A stretch of DNA of 60,220 nucleotides, the filler included. It is 6 parts of 6 records of this genome, joined end to end, with 100 filler letters (N's around TTAATTAATTAA, not from the genome) between each part and the next. Parts side by side here need not be neighbours in the genome. Positions count along the whole stretch, not along the records: positions 49,189 to 55,006 come from SRR31147125_11401; positions 55,107 to 60,220 come from SRR31147125_11419; 4 more parts are not named here. The stretch is one strand, 5' to 3'. This document shows, in pieces, positions 53,488-60,220 of this stretch (position 1 is its first letter; the number at the start of each line of letters is the position of its first letter). The position numbers and the translations under genes were made by a program. Under the pieces are notes generated by a model. That model saw only the letters and a program-made list of their open reading frames with translations, searched no databases and was not told the DNA's origin.

Positions 53488-54306
53488 ATGGAAAACAACG
53501 GGAAATACCTGATTCCGAATTTACAAAATGCCATACAATTAATTGAGATGCTTGCCATGCATCCTGATGGAATGACTCTGGCCGAGCTTGTTCAGGAGTT
53601 GGGCCTGGCAAAAACTACCATTTTCAGAATTACACAAACCCTGCAATACCATAATTATTTATACAAAGAAGAAGAATCGAACTGTTTTTTCCTTACGCGA
53701 AAATTTATGCGAATAGGTCTTTCGACTATGGGAGAGAAAAGCCTGGTTGAAAAATCGCTTCCTCATTTAAAAACCTTGCGCGACGATTTAAAAGAAACCG
53801 TTTTGCTGGGAGCCATGTTAGAAACAGAAGTAGTTCTTCTTGAGCAGGTTGTCGGCAGCCATCCGTTCACCTATTTCCTTCATCCGGGAAAACATTTTGT
53901 TTTGCACGCTTCAGCACCGGGCAAAGTTCTTCTGGCTTATTTAAATGAAAAAGAGCGCGAAGAAACCATAAAAAAACTGAAGCTCGAAAAGTTTACCGAT
54001 CGTACCATAACTACTATAAACGGACTGAAAAAGGAATTAGAACTCATAAAAAAACAGGGCTACGGACTTGATTATGGAGAAGAATTGGAAGGTGTTCATT
54101 GTATTAGTGCCCCAATTTTTAATCAAAGCGGTTCGGTTCTGGCAGCAATCTGGACAACCGGGCCATCGGTTCGTTTACCGGCCTCCGAATTTGAGGTTCT
54201 TGCTAAAAAAGTAAAAGATTGCGCCATGAAAATTAGCGCTACTTTTGGATACAACGTATTAAAACAGAAACCAATTAAAACCAATATTCATGAAACGAGC
54301 ATATAA
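53488..54306 (+). CDS. IclR-family transcriptional regulator
   Basis: HTH TLAELVQELGLAKTTIFRI, LHASAPGKVLLAY, EELEGVHCISAPIF. Confidence 0.93.
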   Translation: MENNGKYLIPNLQNAIQLIEMLAMHPDGMTLAELVQELGLAKTTIFRITQTLQYHNYLYKEEESNCFFLTRKFMRIGLSTMGEKSLVEKSLPHLKTLRDDLKETVLLGAMLETEVVLLEQVVGSHPFTYFLHPGKHFVLHASAPGKVLLAYLNEKEREETIKKLKLEKFTDRTITTINGLKKELELIKKQGYGLDYGEELEGVHCISAPIFNQSGSVLAAIWTTGPSVRLPASEFEVLAKKVKDCAMKISATFGYNVLKQKPIKTNIHETSI

Positions 54307-54370
54307 TACACAGAAGAATAATTATAAGCGACTTCCATTGAATGCCGTTGAAATATTAAATTATAATGAG

Positions 54371-55006
54371 ATGAAAAAGATTATTGTAATAACCATTGCC
54401 TTTTTACAATGCCTGAACTGGTCGGCATTCGCTTCGGAAAATTCGGGAGAAAACCAGCTTCCTGAAAAACTGATATTTATTGTACGCAACCAATATGCAA
54501 AAGACCACCACAACACTGCAACGCTTTTCCAAACCGGCGAGATAAACACACAGAGTTTCAAACCGGGGGCAGCGTTAAAAATTCTCGATACAAAAACAGG
54601 AGAAACTACAACGTTGCTGGAAACTAAAACCGGTGTAGTTCGCGATCCGGAGCTTTCGTTCGACGGGAAGAAAATTATTTTCTCGTACCGGAAAAATATT
54701 GAGGACGATTACCACATTTACGAAATAGATGCCGACAGGCAAAACCTGAAACAACTAACATTCTCTTTGGGAATTTCAGATATCGACCCACTGTATTTAC
54801 CCAACGGACAAATTATTTTCAGTTCAACCCGCGAACCCAAGTACTGCATGTGCAACCGCCACATTATGGCCAATTTATATCGTATGAATCCTGATGGTTC
54901 AAACATAGTTCAGTTGGGGAAAAGTACACTTTTCGAAGGACATTCGGCATTAATGAATGATGGCCGCATTATTTACGACCGCTGGGAATATGTTGACCGA
55001 AATTTT
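54371..55006 (+). CDS. Secreted TolB-like/HzsA-related beta-propeller protein (3' truncated)
   Basis: Signal peptide MKKIIV..AFA; DPELSFDGKKIIFS, DIDPLYLPNGQIIFSSTR, CMC, DGRIIYDRWEYVD. Confidence 0.7.
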
Positions 55007-55106
55007 NNNNNNNNNNNNNNNNNNNNNNNNNNNNNNNNNNNNNNNNNNNNTTAATTAATTAANNNNNNNNNNNNNNNNNNNNNNNNNNNNNNNNNNNNNN
55101 NNNNNN
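55007..55106. other. Artificial contig linker
   Basis: N44-TTAATTAATTAA-N44. Confidence 0.98.
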
Positions 55107-55554
55107 TTTTTTGAATGAATGAGGTAAACCCCATATATTTTTTCTTTCCTGCCTTTTAGTGAATGGGAAATAAGTTTTGTTACATTGAGTAAAATTCTAA
55201 GTATTAAACATGCGGCAATTGTTATATAAAATTTCAAGATAAGACTAAACCAGTTTATGCTTTTATGAACATTTGATTCCTGAGTCGCTGTAATATTTGT
55301 TTTTTCTGAAATTGCAATAGCTTCCGGTGAGCTTAATTCTGATTCAGGCTCAAAATTTTCTACATCTTGCTTTGTTGGAAGATTTAATTGTGTGGCAATA
55401 GAAAACCGTAAGTCACTTAAAGGAATGAGTAGGGATAAAACAATAATTCCTATTAGTAAAAAACGAAGCTGTTTAAAGTTTTTTCTAACAGATATATAAA
55501 GTATGAGATGCTAATACATGCTGTAGAAACCAAAAGATATTGTATTGCTTCCAT
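55107..55554 (-). CDS. BlaR1/M56-family membrane protein, N-terminal part (frameshifted, 3' truncated)
   Basis: MEAIQYLLVSTACISISY, LRFLLIGIIVLSLLIPL, INWFSLILKFYITIAA; starts 2 bp after the BlaI stop. Confidence 0.65.
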
Positions 55555-55556
55555 GG

Positions 55557-55930
55557 TTATTGTTTTTGTTTTTTAATTTCTTCTTCTAAAAGATTTTTTA
55601 ATTCTTCCATTTCTTTTAGACTTAAATCTTTATTTTTTACAAGGTTGGATACCAATTGATTTATGGAGCCATTAAACAATCCTTTAATAGCGCTTTTAGT
55701 AACATGTTGGGCATACTCTTTTTTTGTTACCGTTGGAAAATACACATTTGTTTTTCCATAGGTTTTGTGGTTTACATATCCTTTTTTTCTAAGACTTTTA
55801 TTACAGTAGCTACCGTATTGTATGCTGGTTTAGGTTCAGGAAGTATTTCCAGAACATCGCTCACCGCTCCGTCTTTTACTTCCCATAGTGCTTTTAATAT
55901 TTCTTCTTGCGCTTTTGTTATTTCCTTCAT
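55557..55930 (-). CDS. BlaI/MecI/CopY-family repressor (frameshifted at the T run near 55785)
   Basis: Manual translation MKEITKAQEEILKALW..PKPAYNTVATVIKVLEKK[GYV]..YFPTVTKKEY..LFNGSINQLVS. Confidence 0.88.
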
Positions 55931-56243
55931 CTTTTTAGCCGATTTTAATATTTAACGCTAAATTACTATAAATATTTTATAAATACTATAATTATAATAT
56001 AAAATTAATTTTTATAATTTATAGGTGTGGTCAGATTGGTGTTTTATTATCGAAAAATAGGATGATATTTAGGGCTTCTATCTTAATTCCTCTGCCTTGT
56101 TGGTATATAGGACAGGAGAATTTAGGGTGTCATCAATGTGGCGAAATATAATTTTCAGTCTTTTTTAAATATTTAAAAATCTTAAATACAAAGGATACAA
56201 ATCGTTATTTTATATCAAATTATTCCACTACCCATATAAAATC

Positions 56244-56271
56244 AAAAACCCGGTACAATATTGCACCGGGT
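56244..56271 (-). terminator. Intrinsic terminator after susD
   Basis: Minus strand ACCCGGTGCAA-TA-TTGTACCGGGT followed by a T run. Confidence 0.8.
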
Positions 56272-56310
56272 AATTTGACTATAAAATTACTATATACTAG
56301 TTAGTTTTAA

Positions 56311-58038
56311 TTATGCACCGCCTGGGTAACCAGAGTTTTGTTCATATCCACCTTGTGTACGGTCAATTTGATCCAATGGGATGGGGCGTACAATATGGTG
56401 TCCTTCGATATTACCGGATGCTTCAGGATTATGCAATTGTACCCTTTCAACTAATTTACCGGTTCTGGTCAAGTCAAACCAACGTTGGCCTTCTCCATCT
56501 AGTTCCCTGGCTCTTTCATCTAAAAGAAAATCAAGGTTTAAGTCTGATTCCGATATTTCCATTTGATCTTCCATGCCTGGCCAGGCAGCTCTTCTTCTGA
56601 TTACATTAATATCGTTAACAGCTCCCGTGTTGTCTCCTTGTTGCATCCGGGCTTCTGCTCTTAACAGGTATGCTTCACCCAATCTCATCAAGAAAAAGTC
56701 ACGTTGACCTTGTTCTTTTTGACGATCCGGACGTGTGTCATCAATGAATTTGTTTAAAGTTGGGTATACCCTTTCTGTGTATTCATCATTTGTATATACA
56801 ATGTAAGGTGCTTTTGCTTCCAAAGTTGGATCGGCGATGTATTTATCTTCATCACCAGGACCTGGAATATAAATAGCAGTATCACCTAAGACGTATTTTG
56901 GCTGACCAACCTGCGTTGCATCACAATAGCCGTTGGCGGCATCGTCAGAGGTCCAAGCAGGAATTGTTGATTCGTTATTTGAGAACCACACGTGTTTGTA
57001 TGTATAGTCATACCGGCTGTCAATAGTCCTGTCCCACATTCCCAGGCTATATTCTGTTGGGCGGAATCGTTTCCATGGCCTTCCGTTATTAACATCCCTG
57101 GTCATGCCTGGAAGTTTGTCGTACTCCATTAAAAAGTATAAGTGCCCGCGGTGCCCGTTACCATCTAATCCTTCATCTACCTGTGATTTATTGTTAATAA
57201 CCTGGAAAATAATTTCAGCGTTGCTTTCATTTCCAGGAATACCAGTTGCTCTTCCATAAACGTCTAGACCAAATAATTCCCCAGCATTATCAGCCAATTC
57301 AAAATTGTAGTTATTAATAACATTACTGAAATATGTCTCAGCATTGGAAGCATCTGAAGATTGTGCAGAGCTTGTATAACTTCTACGAAGCAAAACCTGA
57401 CCTAAAAGATATTCAGCTGCTGGTTTTGTTGCACGACCAAAGTCAGACTGCTCATCGGGTAAATTTGCAATGGCAAATTCTAAATCGGGAATTATTGCAT
57501 CTGAATAAATAATGCTGGCTTCAGTTTTGTTTGCTGTTATCTCTACTCCTTCTGTTTCTTCCAATGTTAAGTGGACATTTCCGTAGATCCGGGTTAACAT
57601 AAAATAATAGAAGGCACGCAAGAATCTAACTTCAGCAAATCTTTGAGTCCTTAAGTCATCATCCATTTCGATGTTTACAGCACGATTAAGTACTGCATTT
57701 GCCTGGTTAATTCCTTTATAGAAATCACGCCATGTTTCTTGAATGTAGCTTTCACTTTCATTCAGTCCACCATCATACCTGTTGATAGCTTTATGACCAC
57801 CGTCGGCACCATTTGTATGCACATCAGTTCCAAAGGCAGTCATTGTGAAACCACGCTCGGTACCAAAGAAAGGCTTCATCCAATGGTAGGTCGCATCAAC
57901 TGCATCTTCAAGACCCGCTTCGGTTGTGTAATATGATGATGCCGATACGTCAGATACTAGTTCTTCTTTTAGATATTCATCGCATGAATATAAAAATGTA
58001 ACAAGCAATAAAAATGTTGTAATTATATATTTCTTCAT
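56311..58038 (-). CDS. susD: SusD/RagB-family lipoprotein
   Basis: Lipobox FLYSC, AEVRFLRAFYYF, GRATKPAA, RLGEAYLLRAEA, ERARELDGEGQRWFDL. Confidence 0.93.
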   Translation of the reverse strand: MKKYIITTFLLLVTFLYSCDEYLKEELVSDVSASSYYTTEAGLEDAVDATYHWMKPFFGTERGFTMTAFGTDVHTNGADGGHKAINRYDGGLNESESYIQETWRDFYKGINQANAVLNRAVNIEMDDDLRTQRFAEVRFLRAFYYFMLTRIYGNVHLTLEETEGVEITANKTEASIIYSDAIIPDLEFAIANLPDEQSDFGRATKPAAEYLLGQVLLRRSYTSSAQSSDASNAETYFSNVINNYNFELADNAGELFGLDVYGRATGIPGNESNAEIIFQVINNKSQVDEGLDGNGHRGHLYFLMEYDKLPGMTRDVNNGRPWKRFRPTEYSLGMWDRTIDSRYDYTYKHVWFSNNESTIPAWTSDDAANGYCDATQVGQPKYVLGDTAIYIPGPGDEDKYIADPTLEAKAPYIVYTNDEYTERVYPTLNKFIDDTRPDRQKEQGQRDFFLMRLGEAYLLRAEARMQQGDNTGAVNDINVIRRRAAWPGMEDQMEISESDLNLDFLLDERARELDGEGQRWFDLTRTGKLVERVQLHNPEASGNIEGHHIVRPIPLDQIDRTQGGYEQNSGYPGGA

Positions 58039-58057
58039 TGTATTAACTGTTTTAAGT

Positions 58058-60220
58058 TTAGAATGTAATGTTTATACCACCTAATATTAATCGGGCAGAT
58101 GGAACATCTGAAGCCTCAATTTGATCAAAGTCGTCATCAGAACCAGCATAGGTATTTTCCGGATCGAATGTTTCGTACTTAGACGCATACCATAGGTTTT
58201 GCCCGCTAACATAAATTCTGGCATTGCTGATACCGATTTTTTCGGTTAATGAAGAAGGAAGCGTATAACCAAGAGTTGCGTTACGTAACTTCACATAGCT
58301 ACCGTCAAAATAGCGCAATGTTGAATTATTTCTTGGTCTCTCCTGGTTTTCATTTGGCCTTGGATACTCATTTGTTGGGTTGTCAATTGTCCAATAATCA
58401 ACATCCAGGTTGTTGTACCTTGCAAACAAGCTGTTGTTGTCTGTATGGAAATCACTTCGAATCATATGTCCTTGTTTGAAATAGAAAAAGAAAGACAGAT
58501 CAAATCCTTTATATTCGAAACGGTTTGTTATACCACCGTAATAATCTGGCACATCAGAACCAATAATTACTCTATCGTCAGGAGTTATAACACCATCTCC
58601 ATTTTGATCTTTTAGTTTAATTTCTCCCGGTTCTTTGTTTTCCATGCTGGCAGCTAAATCTACTTCATTAGCTTGCCAAATGCCGATTTTTTCGTAATCA
58701 TAAAAAACTCGAATGGGTTGGCCAATAAACCAACTATTTCCAACATCATCGGTAGGATTTCCGTTTTCATCTTTTAATGCAAGCTCAACAATCTCTTCTG
58801 TATAATGGGTGATGTTAAAGTCAATATCCCATTTAAATCCTTGTGAATTATCAATAATATGCGTAAATAAAGTTAATTCAATACCCGTAGTTTTTGTTTC
58901 TCCAATATTTTGTAAAATATTTTCGTAACCGGATGTGTAAGGGAGATTTCTTTCAAGAAGAAGATCTGTTGTGTTGGTAATATAGTAATCAAAATTACCG
59001 GCTACACGATTACCAAACAAGCCAAAATCGACACCAAAATCAACGGTGGTTGATTTCTCCCAACCTAATAGTTCGTTAGGAATTGCGTCTAAGGTATAAC
59101 CATACGCATAAGCAGCATCTCCCCATGCATAGGTCGTACGTTCTAAAGCTCCAAGGGTTTGATACGGATCAATAGAAGTATTACCCACAGCACCATAGCT
59201 ACCCCTAAGTTTTAACTCATAAAGCCAGTTTAGATTTTGCATGAATGGTTCATCAATCATACGCCAACCGAAAGATAATCCTGGGAAGTAACTCCATTTG
59301 TTATCCTGGGCAAGACGAGAAGAACCATCTGCCCTCATAGATGCCTGGAAAAGATATTTTCCCTTAAAATCATAATTCAATCGCCCCATAAATGAAGCAA
59401 GGGTCCACTCTTCTAAGTCAGAAATAAGTTCGCCTTTAACTTCAGCCGAACCAAGTTTGTAAAATTTCTGTGTTTCGTATGGTAAATTTGAAACACTGGT
59501 TTGGTGCCTTTCATTTTTTTGACTTTGGATAGACTGTAAACCTGTTATTTTTATTGAGTGATCACTTCCAATTTCTTTTTGGAATGTAACGAGGTTTTCG
59601 AGTGTATAACCAAAATCGATGTTGTTTTCGTACTCAGCATCGGCAGGGCCGCCGCGATTGCTGTTTGTATTACTTCCTCTAAAGACTCCTTGTCTTCTAT
59701 ACCGAATATCTGGACCAAAATTAACCCTGTATTGTAATCCATCAATAATGTCGGCCTGGAAATAGGCAGAATTAAAAATACGGGTGAACTGGCGTTCGTC
59801 AACAAAATTATCAGGATCGGTTTCTAAAAGTGGGTTTGTTCTAATTCCATCGTTGGTTGGTAGTAAAACAACATTCCCATCTTCATCCCAAGGCCATCCT
59901 AGTGGATTATTTGCATAAGCTTCTCCCAACGCTGCATTTGATCCCCAGTTTTGTACTGCTTGTGAAGTTAAAGAAGATAACCCAACTTTAAAGATTTTAT
60001 TAATCCTGTGATCTATATTGATTCTTGCGGTAATTCTATTATAATCCTGGTTTTTGATCATACCTTGTTCATCGTAATATCCCAATGAAATATTGAACTG
60101 TGTTTTTTCGCTTCCACCGGCAACACTTAACTGGTGATTTGTTCTAAAACCATTATCGAGAACAAGAGAAGGGTAGTCAACATCCCTGCCCAATGCAATG
60201 GATTCAAGTTCAACAGGATC
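58058..60220 (-). CDS. susC: SusC/RagA TonB-dependent transporter (5' truncated)
   Basis: RADGSSRL, LKLRGSYGAVGN, LGWEKS, KDQNGDGVIT, YVKLRNATLGY, C-terminal GINITF. Confidence 0.95.
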   Translation of the reverse strand, partial: DPVELESIALGRDVDYPSLVLDNGFRTNHQLSVAGGSEKTQFNISLGYYDEQGMIKNQDYNRITARINIDHRINKIFKVGLSSLTSQAVQNWGSNAALGEAYANNPLGWPWDEDGNVVLLPTNDGIRTNPLLETDPDNFVDERQFTRIFNSAYFQADIIDGLQYRVNFGPDIRYRRQGVFRGSNTNSNRGGPADAEYENNIDFGYTLENLVTFQKEIGSDHSIKITGLQSIQSQKNERHQTSVSNLPYETQKFYKLGSAEVKGELISDLEEWTLASFMGRLNYDFKGKYLFQASMRADGSSRLAQDNKWSYFPGLSFGWRMIDEPFMQNLNWLYELKLRGSYGAVGNTSIDPYQTLGALERTTYAWGDAAYAYGYTLDAIPNELLGWEKSTTVDFGVDFGLFGNRVAGNFDYYITNTTDLLLERNLPYTSGYENILQNIGETKTTGIELTLFTHIIDNSQGFKWDIDFNITHYTEEIVELALKDENGNPTDDVGNSWFIGQPIRVFYDYEKIGIWQANEVDLAASMENKEPGEIKLKDQNGDGVITPDDRVIIGSDVPDYYGGITNRFEYKGFDLSFFFYFKQGHMIRSDFHTDNNSLFARYNNLDVDYWTIDNPTNEYPRPNENQERPRNNSTLRYFDGSYVKLRNATLGYTLPSSLTEKIGISNARIYVSGQNLWYASKYETFDPENTYAGSDDDFDQIEASDVPSARLILGGINITF

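Noticed and set aside
54371-55006. Evidence for anammox (hydrazine synthase)
   Set aside because: Only propeller repeats are visible, the context is Bacteroidales, and no hzsB/C or hao genes are present.
56275-56305. ACTATA repeats after susD resembling the putative BlaI site
   Set aside because: They lie in AT-rich sequence between a stop codon and a terminator, and are likely chance.
1-60220. CRISPR arrays, tRNA or rRNA genes, intact transposases or prophage genes
   Set aside because: None recognised by eye. A covariance-model scan would be needed to exclude small ncRNAs.

Overview
This window is not one locus. It is six unrelated contigs joined by 100-bp artificial linkers (N44-TTAATTAATTAA-N44), so gene neighbourhoods only mean something within a contig. 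Contig 1 (1-10800, Desulfobacterota-like) has a Ni/Co-transport accessory gene, a rhodanese, a patch of gene and IS debris, and a nine-gene MglA/MglB small-GTPase operon. That operon encodes a zinc-ribbon/sensor/HAMP protein, MglB, MglA, a CheW-like protein, PATAN/DUF4388 proteins and a large acidic scaffold, and it is divergent from a PilZ gene. Contig 2 (10901-17928, Bacteroidales) has the primary sigma factor, YkgJ, a lipid kinase, porQ, cmk, ispH and a GT-C-like membrane protein. Contig 3 (18029-23688) is secE-nusG-rplK-rplA-rplJ-rplL-rpoB of an FCB-type bacterium. Contig 4 (23789-49088) is a 25-kb single-strand surface-polysaccharide tailoring cluster: three AsnB paralogues, a stand-alone adenylation enzyme, a carrier protein, a NadE paralogue, a Tat-DUF362 protein, a hydrolase pair, three deacetylase domains, acyl- and methyltransferases, two lipase paralogues and Wzx. 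Contig 5 (49189-55006, Bacteroidales) has a degenerate Ald homologue, pullulanase, an MntA-HepT toxin-antitoxin pair, IclR with a visible tandem operator, and an HzsA-like propeller protein. Contig 6 (55107-60220, Bacteroidales) has BlaI/BlaR1 and SusC/SusD. Many genes are split by single-base losses in homopolymer runs, almost certainly sequencing errors. The best candidates for an undescribed system are the carrier-protein-dependent glycan acylation/amidation cassette (contig 4) and the expanded Mgl polarity/signalling operon (contig 1). All family and taxon calls come from motif recognition by eye, not from database searches.
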